Origin: a virus
Lineage: Duplodnaviria > Heunggongvirae > Uroviricota > Caudoviricetes
IMG/VR virus record: IMGVR_UViG_2925903241_000005
Span: 1 to 46,437 of that record
Reading direction: 5' to 3' (one strand)
DNA: 46,437 bases
How positions within the stretch are numbered: position 1 is the first letter of the stretch; the number at the start of each line of letters is the position of its first letter. Below the pieces are notes generated by a model. The model did no database searches. It was not told the DNA's origin and saw nothing but the letters and a program-made list of their open reading frames with translations. This document shows positions 35,253-43,856 of the stretch, one piece after another. A program made the translations under genes and the position numbers.

Positions 35253-35713
35253 TCTTCACCCGATGCAGCGCGCTTGCTGCTTTTCCGTAAACACCGCTCA
35301 CGACGCGCAAGAAAATTGTTTCGCTCTTGCTGGGAGTGGCTTTCACGGAATGCCGCCATCCACACCGTTGCAGCACGACGGTATAAGCCCCTGGACTCCA
35401 GTTCTTCCGCCTGGCGGGTCAGGCATAAAATCACCCGGGGATCGTTAGTGCCGACATAGAAATTGCGCACAGATCTGGTTTCTCGAACTGGTTGTGGTTC
35501 CGGTTCCTGCGCTCTCTCAGTCAGGCGCGGAAAATGTCTGCGTGTATCTCCTTCACAACGGTGAGCCACACGCCCACTCTGACGTAACTTGCTTGCAGAC
35601 TGCAGAACGCGCTGCCGTGAGTAACCTGCAAAAGCATCCGTAATGTCTCCGGAAGTACACCCCGGATGGGCTTCAATGAATTTCTGAACGTCATTCAAAA
35701 GACTCATGATCAC
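35219..35713 (-). CDS. hypothetical early-region protein
   Basis: 164-aa ORF translationally coupled to the O-like gene upstream and to Dam downstream; a PerC-like resemblance is only a vague impression. Confidence 0.35.
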   Translation of the reverse strand: MIMSLLNDVQKFIEAHPGCTSGDITDAFAGYSRQRVLQSASKLRQSGRVAHRCEGDTRRHFPRLTERAQEPEPQPVRETRSVRNFYVGTNDPRVILCLTRQAEELESRGLYRRAATVWMAAFRESHSQQERNNFLARRERCLRKSSKRAASGEEWYLSGNYVGA

Positions 35714-36651
35714 CCCCTGAATCCTGCCGGGATCTGGCTGTAGTCCACGTTGTCGTAACTGGATTTGAAGTACGGGTCTTCGCGTTTTTCGGTGTACGTG
35801 CTGACGGACGGCGATAAGCGCAGGGAAAGCTCATCCCATTTTTCCCGCAACTTCGACGGGCTGAGCACGTTACGGCACCAGAACGGATCGCGGCTGACGC
35901 GGCTGTACATCTCGCAGATTTGTTTGTGAGTACGACCATCCTGCACGCACATCAGGCGAATTTCGTTTGCCCAGGCTGTCCAGTTCGGTTCTTTGGGACG
36001 AACCACCTCGCCGTCACATTCGGCAGCCTGCTCGTACAGGGCGATGATTTTTTTCCAGAGCCACTGTGCGCAGGTCAAATCATCCTGCGTTCCCCACTGG
36101 CGCTTTTTAGGGCTGAATACAACCGCATCAGGATGGCGAGTTAAAAACTCTTGTTCAGCCGTCTGCGTGTCCGGTTGCGAAGCGTCCGGACGAGAAGTTT
36201 TTTTATCTGACGGATCATGTTTTGATTTTACTGACGGATCCCCGCCAGATTCTGACGGGTGAAAACCCGCTTTTTTGCCAGATTTCGACGCATCAAATTT
36301 TGACTGGTCAGATTTTGATGCGTCAGATTTTGACGGGTCAGAATCTGACAGTTGAGAAAATGCCGCTGCCTGAAGCTTCGCAACGTTAAGCTGATAAACA
36401 TTCGACGCATTGCGGTTACCCTGGCGACGCGCCTTACGCGTTAACCAGCCTTCTGCTTCCAGCCGTGCGATAGCCGTTCTGACGGTGCTCATCCCCGCGC
36501 CAATCTGGCGGGCAATGGTTTCAATTGATGGCCAGCACACACCTTCGTCATTACTGAAATCAGCCAGGCGGGCCATAATTGCCACGCTGGATAACTTCAT
36601 GCCTGACGCAGCGCAACCATCCCATACATAGCCGGTTAATTTAGTGCTCAT
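35710..36651 (-). CDS. replication initiator (O-like; N-terminal winged HTH, repetitive linker, C-terminal domain)
   Basis: N-terminus ..CWPSIETIARQIGAGMSTVRTAIARLEAEGWLTRK.. HTH; central SKSDASKSDQSKFDASKS repeats encoded by iteron-like DNA repeats; position after cro and CII-like genes. Confidence 0.55.
   Translation of the reverse strand: MSTKLTGYVWDGCAASGMKLSSVAIMARLADFSNDEGVCWPSIETIARQIGAGMSTVRTAIARLEAEGWLTRKARRQGNRNASNVYQLNVAKLQAAAFSQLSDSDPSKSDASKSDQSKFDASKSGKKAGFHPSESGGDPSVKSKHDPSDKKTSRPDASQPDTQTAEQEFLTRHPDAVVFSPKKRQWGTQDDLTCAQWLWKKIIALYEQAAECDGEVVRPKEPNWTAWANEIRLMCVQDGRTHKQICEMYSRVSRDPFWCRNVLSPSKLREKWDELSLRLSPSVSTYTEKREDPYFKSSYDNVDYSQIPAGFRG
36205..36350. repeat. iteron-like tandem repeats inside the initiator gene (candidate ori)
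   Basis: At least eight degenerate copies of about 11-12 bp (GATTTTGACGG / GATTCTGACGG / GATTTCGACG) at 12-18 bp spacing. Confidence 0.45.
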
Positions 36652-36660
36652 GACCGACCT

Positions 36661-36999
36661 CTATTTCCCTGAATTTACGACGAAACTGTTCGAGCGGGCT
36701 GAAGCACTCATGCTCATAGCCTTCGCGGAGGTAGATAACCCGTTGTGTTTCCGGTTCCCAACGAATGACTCTGACGGGCACTCCGTAGTGATCTTTGAAC
36801 CAGCGGTTAACTTGTCGCAAAGGACTGTCTCCTTTTGCCGGTTGAAATCACCCACAGCCCACTCTGCAAAGCTGTGGGTTACAATTTCCCTGTCACCTGG
36901 TACATTCACTGCATAGCAATACTCCACCTTCGCTTTTCCACCCGGTACAGGAAGTGCAATCAGTTGCGAGCGACGGTAGTGTGTTGTTAAACTGTTCAT
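36661..36999 (-). CDS. hypothetical protein (early right operon)
   Basis: 112-aa ORF with ATGA start/stop overlap to the upstream gene; C-terminal half is low complexity, so true length is uncertain. Confidence 0.3.
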   Translation of the reverse strand: MNSLTTHYRRSQLIALPVPGGKAKVEYCYAVNVPGDREIVTHSFAEWAVGDFNRQKETVLCDKLTAGSKITTECPSESFVGNRKHNGLSTSAKAMSMSASARSNSFVVNSGK

Positions 37000-37667
37000 G
37001 CGTTAGTTTCTCCACAACCAGAAGCAATCGACGCCACGACGCCCGGAGCTGCACACTCGCGGGCGTCATTACTTTCTGAAATGCAAAAAATTTTGTAGAC
37101 AAGTGCTGCATGCTCCTGCAGCTTCGAAATTGAGAGATACAGCTCGTCGTTAATTGCTGTCTTCTCATGCGGTTCCACTACACCGTCTTCGATTGCTGAA
37201 CGAATCTGTTTTGAATAACTGCCGATCTGTTCAATGACTTCCAGCAGACGCTGGTTAATATCGGCGTTGTCCACATCCTCGACGTCAGGAAGAGACACAA
37301 AGACGCCATTTGCAGACTGCGCCACAGCATCAGCAATGAAGTGAGTTCCACCAGCACGTTGCAAAATCATTGCCCATCCCAGCGGGAAAATCTGATCGCC
37401 ATCAGCACGAAGGCGGTTAAATAATGCGTTCTCTGTTACATCCAGCCAGTCAGCTGCTTCAGCGTAACCACCCGGCAACTTTGCGATAGTTTTTCTGACA
37501 GCTTTCACGTACCACTCAGGCTGTTTTTCTACTTTCCAGTGATGCTTACCCACGGTTAGCCTCATCGTTCTGTGGTTTCTGTTAATCGATTTATCCATTA
37601 GATTTTTCATAAAGCTCAGGTTTAAATGGCAACCGTCCGCAAGTTCTATATGCAGCTTCTGCTGCAC
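36996..37667 (-). CDS. CII-like / YdaT-like regulatory protein
   Basis: Position immediately after cro-like gene; start probably an internal Met (about 37598) to avoid a 77-bp overlap with cro. Family call is by synteny and weak recall. Confidence 0.35.
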   Translation of the reverse strand: MQQKLHIELADGCHLNLSFMKNLMDKSINRNHRTMRLTVGKHHWKVEKQPEWYVKAVRKTIAKLPGGYAEAADWLDVTENALFNRLRADGDQIFPLGWAMILQRAGGTHFIADAVAQSANGVFVSLPDVEDVDNADINQRLLEVIEQIGSYSKQIRSAIEDGVVEPHEKTAINDELYLSISKLQEHAALVYKIFCISESNDARECAAPGVVASIASGCGETNA

Positions 37668-37791
37668 GTCCTTTTGGAATTAACTGGCCCGGACGGTTTC
37701 GCCACTGATAAACGGCTTCAGTTGTTATGCCGAAAAAAGCAGCAACTTTCTCAATACTGCCGAAGTAGCTTTCGATATCGTCAGTTGTCAT
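37591..37791 (-). CDS. cro: Cro-like HTH regulator (YdaS-like)
   Basis: 66 aa, ..[30 protein letters not shown].. HTH; divergent from the repressor gene across an operator region. Confidence 0.6.
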   Translation of the reverse strand: MTTDDIESYFGSIEKVAAFFGITTEAVYQWRNRPGQLIPKGRAAEAAYRTCGRLPFKPELYEKSNG

Positions 37792-37888
37792 ACGCCCTCC
37801 AAACTAAGTTTTATTAGATGCTAATTACAAATCTATCTTTGGTCAATAAAAACTAAGATTACTTAGCAATTCAAGAAATGGTGCTCCT
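37792..37888. promoter_or_regulatory. OR-like operator/promoter region (pR and pRM) with CTAAG-N4-CTTAG palindromes
   Basis: Two 14-bp palindromes (CTAAGTTTTATTAG and CTAAGATTACTTAG) between divergent cro-like and cI-like genes. Confidence 0.45.
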
Positions 37889-38515
37889 ATGGAAACGGTT
37901 GGTCAGCGTATAAAAGCTCTGAGAAGAGTTACCAGAACGTCCCAGAAAGAATTGGGTAAATTTTGTGGAGTAAGCGACGTTGCTGTGGGGTACTGGGAGA
38001 AAGACATCAATACCCCTGGTGGGGAGGCACTTTCGAAATTAGCGAAGTTCTTCAATACGTCAATAGATTACATTCTTTATGGTGCTGAGTTTGAAGGCAA
38101 ACTCGTCACAAACATGCGCAGAGTTCCTGTAATATCGTGGGTTCAGGCTGGGCAGTTTACTGAGTGCAGGGCAGCAGAAGTGTTTAGTGAAGTGGACAAG
38201 TGGGTAGATACATCATTAAAGATTGGTGATAACTCATTTGCATTAGAGGTTAAAGGTGACTCCATGACTAACCCTAATGGCCTCCCAACAATACCAGAAG
38301 GCGCAACAGTGATTGTAGATCCAGATGCAGAACCTCGTCATGGAAAAATAGTCATCGCTCGACTTGATGGAACAAACGAAGCTACAGTAAAAAAATTAGT
38401 CATCGATGGCCCTCAAAAGTTTTTAGTGCCATTAAATCCTCGGTATCCCAACATCCCTATCAATGGTAATTGCCTTATCATTGGTGTAGTCAAAGGAGTT
38501 CAATACGAACTCTAA
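37889..38515 (+). CDS. cI: CI-type prophage repressor (HTH + LexA-like S24 autopeptidase domain)
   Basis: N-terminal HTH (..TSQKELGKFCGVSDVAVGYWEKD..) and C-terminal S24 motifs (..LEVKGDSMTNPNG.. Ser; ..TVKKLV.. Lys). Confidence 0.85.
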   Translation: METVGQRIKALRRVTRTSQKELGKFCGVSDVAVGYWEKDINTPGGEALSKLAKFFNTSIDYILYGAEFEGKLVTNMRRVPVISWVQAGQFTECRAAEVFSEVDKWVDTSLKIGDNSFALEVKGDSMTNPNGLPTIPEGATVIVDPDAEPRHGKIVIARLDGTNEATVKKLVIDGPQKFLVPLNPRYPNIPINGNCLIIGVVKGVQYEL

Positions 38516-38700
38516 GACCTCTCTTCTCTAACTAAGGCACCGAACTAAGAAAAGTTTGGTGTTTTCTCTTGCCATAATAACTAAGTTAAGTTAGATTTTA
38601 TGTCAAAGATAACGAACAGGCAGGACGCCCACGAAGTAGCCGCCGGTGGCGTATGAATGACCGGATGATTCGTTAAATACTATGTGTAAGAGAGCGCAAA
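38516..38700 (+). promoter_or_regulatory. OL/pL-like region with the same operator half-sites
   Basis: AACTAAGGCACCGAACTAAG and CTAAGTTAAGTTAG motifs; candidate -35 TTGCCA and -10 TAGATT with 17-bp spacing. Confidence 0.4.
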
Positions 38701-38902
38701 TGAACCGTTATTTCACATGCTCGTTTTGTGGCGCAAACGAGCTGCAGGCAAAAAAATCATCGCCAAAGGCGGAAAAGATGAAGTTGCTATCTGCTCTGAG
38801 TGCGTAGTCTTGTGTGTCGGAGCATTAATCAATATCAGCACAACTATTCAGTTCACACCAAATGAGAATGCGCCTTTAGATGCGCGGAAATCTGGAGGTT
38901 AA
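38700..38902 (+). pseudogene. ClpX-type C4 zinc-finger-like small protein, interrupted by a frameshift in an A7 tract
   Basis: One frame gives MNRYFTCSFCGANELQAKK; the +1 frame gives ..KKIIAKGGKDEVAICSECVVLC.. Joined they give CSFCG-x21-CSEC, like the ClpX N-terminal zinc finger. The switch is at 'gcaaaaaaatc'. Confidence 0.45.
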
Positions 38903-38910
38903 AGAACAAA

Positions 38911-39186
38911 ATGAAAGTCCAGATTTTAAACAATAGTGGTGAAGTCGTTTGGTCATACGACATAGCCGCTCCTGTAGATCAGAGCGGCGATAGCTGGACC
39001 AATGGGAAACATCAGATTATGGCTGGAGTTGTATTCTCTTTACACCGTGCTTTGGAACAGGCTGAAGTATTTCCATCAGACCCTGAATGGAAATGGCCTT
39101 TTTCTATTTGTCCAAATTCGGAGAGCACATTTCAGAAAATTGGTCAGAAAGTCGCACTCGAAGAGCATCAGCCAACTGTTTTCTGA
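38911..39186 (+). CDS. hypothetical protein (early-left operon)
   Basis: 91-aa ORF with a GGAGG RBS about 8 nt upstream; 3' end converges on a minus-strand ORF. Confidence 0.35.
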   Translation: MKVQILNNSGEVVWSYDIAAPVDQSGDSWTNGKHQIMAGVVFSLHRALEQAEVFPSDPEWKWPFSICPNSESTFQKIGQKVALEEHQPTVF

Positions 39187-39349
39187 TTTTTTCAGGTAAC
39201 TCGTCGGCATCGCAGAAACAACAACGCTCGATCATGTTGAAAGCCGATTCGTAGAACTGTTTCTGCTGAGTGTCGCTGAGACAGGAAAAGAGCGACGTTA
39301 CGATGATTTTATTAATTGCATTATCAAGTTCTTTTTCATCAAAAGTCAT
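39104..39349 (-). CDS. hypothetical protein (antisense to early-left operon)
   Basis: 81-aa ORF with AGGAAA RBS 7 nt upstream; protein-like composition; overlaps 38911..39186 by about 83 bp. Confidence 0.3.
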   Translation of the reverse strand: MTFDEKELDNAINKIIVTSLFSCLSDTQQKQFYESAFNMIERCCFCDADELPEKIRKQLADALRVRLSDQFSEMCSPNLDK

Positions 39350-39596
39350 TTGATTTTCCTTTTATGTATACGGGCTTAAAAGGATACCACCGAGCCTGAA
39401 GTGGTGAAAAGACAGGCACATAACAGCTAAGTATTTTCAACCAGAGAGAATCCTTAGCGTTGTGGTGAATGCGGCTCAGCGCACGCGGGTTAAGGTTGAG
39501 GCTGACAGTCGACCTTCTGTGGATACCCACCCGTCTGGTGTGCAACCTTCGCCAGGCACCGGGAGGCACCCGGCACCACAACTTTATGCTGTGTGT

Positions 39597-39649
39597 AGTC
39601 TTGGCGGTACCAGTTTGTACCCTTGCTTCCGGCTGGTACCGCTCTTTTT
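39597..39649 (+). ncRNA. dicF: DicF-like small RNA
   Basis: TTGGCGGTACCAGTTTGTACC... matches the remembered E. coli DicF 5' region (TTTGGCGGTATCAGTTTTAC) at about 15 of 16 positions; ends in a 10-bp perfect hairpin (GCGGTACCAG/CTGGTACCGC) plus TCTTTTT. Confidence 0.55.
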
Positions 39650-39768
39650 ACAAAACAGAGAAGAGCATCACCGGACGACGGGCTCATAACCCAATCCATC
39701 CGGGCGGCTGCCACCGCAGGTGTTCTTCTCTGTTTTGTGGAGAAACCAACCGACCTTGCAGGGTCGAT

Positions 39769-40149
39769 ATGATGAGGAGCAGCAAAATGGCTAGCGAACG
39801 CAGTACTGATGTGCAGGCATTTATCGGGGAGCTGGACGGCGGCGTATTTGAAACCAAAATCGGCGCAGTTCTCAGTGAAGTCGCTTCCGGTGTGATGAAC
39901 ACGAAAACCAAAGGTAAGGTCTCGCTTAACCTGGAAATCGAACCGTTTGATGAGAACCGTGTGAAAATAAAACATAAACTCTCATATGTTCGCCCGACTA
40001 ACCGCGGGAAAATTTCCGAAGAAGACACCACCGAAACGCCGATGTATGTCAATCGCGGTGGTCGCCTGACTATTCTGCAGGAAGACCAGGGACAATTACT
40101 GACTCTTGCCGGTGAACCTGACGGAAAACTCCGCGCAGCAGGTCATTAA
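39769..40149 (+). CDS. YfdP-like hypothetical protein
   Basis: 126 aa from the internal MMRSSKMASERS; upstream part of the 226-aa track ORF covers the structured RNA region; call rests on remembered YfdP-Q-R-S-T gene order. Confidence 0.4.
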   Translation: MMRSSKMASERSTDVQAFIGELDGGVFETKIGAVLSEVASGVMNTKTKGKVSLNLEIEPFDENRVKIKHKLSYVRPTNRGKISEEDTTETPMYVNRGGRLTILQEDQGQLLTLAGEPDGKLRAAGH

Positions 40150-40213
40150 TATCGTTTTTAATTAACTGATTATTTATCTCATCACTGAATATTTTATATA
40201 GTGAGGACTGATT

Positions 40214-41038
40214 ATGTCTCAGAACTTAGACGCAACCGCAATTAATCAAATCCATGCCCTTATTTCTGCTCAGGGTGTTAATGAAATTATCAGTAAGATT
40301 GGTGCCGATGCTGTGGCATTGCCTGAGAATTTCCGCATTCATGATCTGGAAAAATTTAATTTAAATCGCTTCCGTTTCCGTGGTGCGCTTTCCACTGCCA
40401 GCATCGATGACTTTACCCGTTATTCTAAAGATCTTGCAGATGAAGGCACCCGCTGCTTTATCGATGCTGATAATATGCGTGCCGTCAGTGTGCTTAACTT
40501 GGGTACTATTGATGAACCAGGTCACGCAGATAACACCGCCACTCTCAAACTGAAAAAGACAGCACCGTTCTCTGCCCTGTTGTCTGTTAACGGCGAGCGT
40601 AACTCCCAGAAGTCACTGGCAGAATGGATTGAAGACTGGGCCGACTACCTTGTGGGCTTTGATGCTAATGGTGACGCCATTCAGGCAACCAAAGCTGCTG
40701 CGGCGATCCGTAAAATCACAATTGAAGCGAACCAGACCGCTGATTTTGAAGATAATGACTTCAGCGGCAAACGCTCCCTGATGGAGTCTGTCGAAGCGAA
40801 GACCAAAGACATTATGCCTGTGGCATTTGAATTTAAATGCGTTCCGTTTGAAGGTCTGAAAGAACGTCCGTTTAAATTACGCCTCAGCATTATCACTGGC
40901 GATCGTCCTGTACTGGTTCTGCGCATTATTCAGCTGGAAGCGGTGCAGGAAGAAATGGCTAACGAATTTCGTGATCTGCTTGTTGAGAAATTCAAAGACA
41001 GCAAAGTAGAAACCTTTATTGGTACTTTCACCGCCTGA
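40214..41038 (+). CDS. YfdQ-like protein (DUF2303)
   Basis: 274 aa, same length as YfdQ as recalled; followed by an HD-domain gene as in that block. Confidence 0.45.
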   Translation: MSQNLDATAINQIHALISAQGVNEIISKIGADAVALPENFRIHDLEKFNLNRFRFRGALSTASIDDFTRYSKDLADEGTRCFIDADNMRAVSVLNLGTIDEPGHADNTATLKLKKTAPFSALLSVNGERNSQKSLAEWIEDWADYLVGFDANGDAIQATKAAAAIRKITIEANQTADFEDNDFSGKRSLMESVEAKTKDIMPVAFEFKCVPFEGLKERPFKLRLSIITGDRPVLVLRIIQLEAVQEEMANEFRDLLVEKFKDSKVETFIGTFTA

Positions 41039-41138
41039 TTTCATTACTGCAAATGCCCCTGCGGGGGCATTTATGGAAACGTAATTAACTCAATAATCAC
41101 CGGATGGTGAGGGCTTCCTTTTACCAGAATTCAGCGCG

Positions 41139-41702
41139 GTGCAGTGCATATACGTGGAGAATAAAATGTCATTTATTAAAACTTTTTCCGGGAAGCATTT
41201 TTATTATGACAAGATAAATAAAGACGACATCGATATTAACGATATCGCGGTTTCCCTTTCAAATATCTGTCGCTTTGCCGGTCATCTTTCGCACTTCTAC
41301 AGCGTCGCCCAACATGCGGTTCTTTGCAGCATGCTGGTGCCGCAGGAATTTGCTTTTGAAGCGTTAATGCATGATGCAACAGAAGCGTATTGCCAGGACA
41401 TCCCGGCTCCACTGAAACGCCTTCTTCCTGACTATAAACGGATGGAAGAAAAAATAGACGCCGTAATCCGTGAGAAATACGGGTTACCCCCGGTTATGAG
41501 CACGCCCGTGAAATATGCCGATCTCATCATGCTGGCAACCGAACGCCGCGATCTCGGGCTTGATGATGGCTCTTTCTGGCCTGTACTGGAAGGTATCCCG
41601 GCAACAGAGATGTTCAAAGTGATTCCACTGTCGCCAGGCCATGCCTATGGGATGTTTATGGAACGTTTTAACGAGTTATCGGAGTTACGCAAATGCGCAT
41701 GA
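41139..41702 (+). CDS. HD-domain phosphohydrolase (YfdR-like 5'-deoxynucleotidase)
   Basis: ..SHFYSVAQHAV.. and ..LMHDATEAY.. HD-motif residues; start probably the internal MSFIKTF. Confidence 0.6.
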   Translation: MQCIYVENKMSFIKTFSGKHFYYDKINKDDIDINDIAVSLSNICRFAGHLSHFYSVAQHAVLCSMLVPQEFAFEALMHDATEAYCQDIPAPLKRLLPDYKRMEEKIDAVIREKYGLPPVMSTPVKYADLIMLATERRDLGLDDGSFWPVLEGIPATEMFKVIPLSPGHAYGMFMERFNELSELRKCA

Positions 41703-42055
41703 ATGTTTTCGAAATGGAAGGGTTTCTTCGCGGGAAATGTGTACCGCGAGATCTGAAAGTGAACGAAACAAATGCTGAGTACCTAGTACGTAAATTCGAC
41801 GCGCTTGAAGCTAAATGTGCGGCACTGGAAAACAAAATAATACCAGTGTCAGCTGAACTGCCACCTGCAAATGAAAGTGTTCTGTTATTTGATGCTAACG
41901 GAGAAGGCTGGCTAATTGGCTGGCGTTCTCTCTGGTACACCTGGGGACAAAAAGAAACCGGAGAATGGCAGTGGACATTTCAGGTCGGGGACCTTGAAAA
42001 CGTCAATATCACTCACTGGGCAGTAATGCCGAAAGCACCGGAGAATAAGAAATGA
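41693..42055 (+). CDS. DUF551-like protein (YfdS-like)
   Basis: 120 aa; C-terminal ..GEGWLIGWRS.WYTWGQKETGEWQW..ITHWAVMP.. Trp-rich motif. Confidence 0.4.
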   Translation: MRMNVFEMEGFLRGKCVPRDLKVNETNAEYLVRKFDALEAKCAALENKIIPVSAELPPANESVLLFDANGEGWLIGWRSLWYTWGQKETGEWQWTFQVGDLENVNITHWAVMPKAPENKK

Positions 42056-42267
42056 GCGTGATAAAAACTCATACAGGAATTGTTATTACCCGAAACGGTC
42101 CGCAGGTAAAAAAACTGCACCAGACAAAGCGGATGTGGGTCGTCGGAGAAAACGAGTTTTACCACAAAGAAACCGGACGCCGCCACTTTGCAGAAAATAC
42201 GCGCCGCCGACTGCTCCTGGACAGCATCAGGCCAATTAAACAGGTAGCAACCAGAGAACAAAATTAA
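42052..42267 (+). CDS. hypothetical protein
   Basis: 71-aa ORF with ATGA overlap to the upstream gene. Confidence 0.35.
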   Translation: MSVIKTHTGIVITRNGPQVKKLHQTKRMWVVGENEFYHKETGRRHFAENTRRRLLLDSIRPIKQVATREQN

Positions 42268-42328
42268 TTATCAGGACTGAAATTTGATATTACTGCCCGT
42301 GTGCAGCGGGTTAAGTGGAGAAACAGCC

Positions 42329-42538
42329 ATGGCAAAACTAATGAAAGCGAGCCAATGGGGACGCCGTGAATTCTCTAATGGCTCAATTCCTGACAACCGA
42401 ACGATAAAACGCTGGGTCGAGAACGGTCTGCTCATGGGGCGTATCGTGGACGGTTCTGTTTTTGTCTGCGAAACAGAAAAATGGGGAGTCGACTCAATGG
42501 TTAGTCAAGCTGTTCGCAAGTTAATAAATGAGGGATGA
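42329..42538 (+). CDS. xis: excisionase (Xis-like)
   Basis: About 69 aa from ATG after a GGAG RBS; ..RTIKRWVENGLLMGRIVDGSVFVCE.. resembles excisionase winged-helix; stop overlaps the int start (ATGA). Confidence 0.6.
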   Translation: MAKLMKASQWGRREFSNGSIPDNRTIKRWVENGLLMGRIVDGSVFVCETEKWGVDSMVSQAVRKLINEG

Positions 42539-43719
42539 CCATGGCGGCAAGGCCACGTAAAAAAGAATACAGACATCTTCCTGATTATCTGGTTTTTGAT
42601 AAAGATCGAGGTGTTTATAAATTCACACTTATTACCGGAAAAAAGAAAAATATAGGTAAGGATCGGGCAATAGCCGTTGCAATCGCCAGAGAGTACAACC
42701 TGAGGATGCGATCAGAATTATACCCATCAGTGGATAATCTTATTAGAGAATCTGGCGGGGTCACCGGAGAAGCAAAACCATTTGCTGAACATGTCGATCA
42801 CATAATGGCCAGAATTATCGAAGACGAACGACCTTCCCAGAGTACCTTAGATGACTGGAAAAATGACGCTCTACGCGTAAAAGCGTTTTTCGTAAATGTT
42901 CCGGCATGCGATATCGAACTTGAACACGTTAATGCCTACATCAACAAATATCATGCCAGCGCATCCGCAAATGTGCAGAACAGAAAGGTCAGCTTTCTTA
43001 AAAAGTTGTTCTCTTATGCGGTCGATGAATCACTAATGCAGGATAACCCGGCCATCAGAAAAAAAATGCGTAGGACTGATGAGAAGAAAAGACGGCGCCT
43101 GTCACTCGAACATTTTATAGCTATCAGGCAGGCCGCTGCACCATGGTTAAGAACAGCAATGGACCTAGCATTGCAGACTACACATGCACGACTCGAAGTA
43201 TCGCGAATCCGTTACTCAATTCGCGAACCTAAAGACGGTTTATGTGGATGTGTTTGGTTCGAACAACCACAAAATGGCATATATGGTACACTATACATCC
43301 ATAGGCAAAAAGTACAAAAAAAGGAGGCATCACATGTTGCAATACCAATTGGTGAAGAATTGAAACGGATAATTGACAATAGCCGTGACAATGTGGCCAG
43401 TCCCTTTGTCGTTCATAGAATCCCAGAACGGCATGTTAAACGCAGTAAAGAGGTTTCGCACCCAACTCAAGTTGCACCAGATTATTTGAGTCGGTCATTC
43501 TCTTCCGTGCGAGACAAACTCGGACTATGCAATCATCTAGCAATGGAACAAAGACCTACATTCCATGAAATAAGAGCTTTGGCAGCTCACCTATTTGATA
43601 AACAAGGGATTGATCCGCAGGGACGAATGGCACATAGCGATGCGAAATCTACTAAAATTTATACTAAAAATCATATAGATTGGATTGTTGTCCCTCATGG
43701 AGAAATTAAAACCGGTTAG
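42535..43719 (+). CDS. int: tyrosine integrase (lambda Int family)
   Basis: 394 aa; ..PTFHEIRALAAHLF.. and ..AHSDAKSTKIYTKNH.. catalytic-region motifs; position at the prophage end after xis. Confidence 0.9.
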   Translation: MTMAARPRKKEYRHLPDYLVFDKDRGVYKFTLITGKKKNIGKDRAIAVAIAREYNLRMRSELYPSVDNLIRESGGVTGEAKPFAEHVDHIMARIIEDERPSQSTLDDWKNDALRVKAFFVNVPACDIELEHVNAYINKYHASASANVQNRKVSFLKKLFSYAVDESLMQDNPAIRKKMRRTDEKKRRRLSLEHFIAIRQAAAPWLRTAMDLALQTTHARLEVSRIRYSIREPKDGLCGCVWFEQPQNGIYGTLYIHRQKVQKKEASHVAIPIGEELKRIIDNSRDNVASPFVVHRIPERHVKRSKEVSHPTQVAPDYLSRSFSSVRDKLGLCNHLAMEQRPTFHEIRALAAHLFDKQGIDPQGRMAHSDAKSTKIYTKNHIDWIVVPHGEIKTG

Positions 43720-43856
43720 TTATTAAATTCTCCACTTTATTTTGACTGACAATAACGGTTGCTAAGGCATAGAGTAAAGCTTAATTTAAAAGGCAGTTCT
43801 ATGCCCATTTACCATAACTTCTCCCTTGTCCAGAAAGCAATATTTATTAATAAAAT

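Noticed and set aside
39469-39768. N-terminal 100 codons of the 226-aa ORF track entry 39469..40149
   Set aside because: This stretch covers the DicF-like terminator hairpin and the long inverted repeat; the translation is Cys/Arg-rich and implausible; the protein more likely starts at the internal Met about 39769.
43720-43856. Lambda attachment core (GCTTTTTTATACTAA-like) and a shared att direct repeat between the int-proximal and tail-fibre-proximal flanks
   Set aside because: No exact lambda core and no convincing direct repeat of at least 12 bp found by eye between the two flanks; the prophage boundaries may lie outside the window or need computational alignment.
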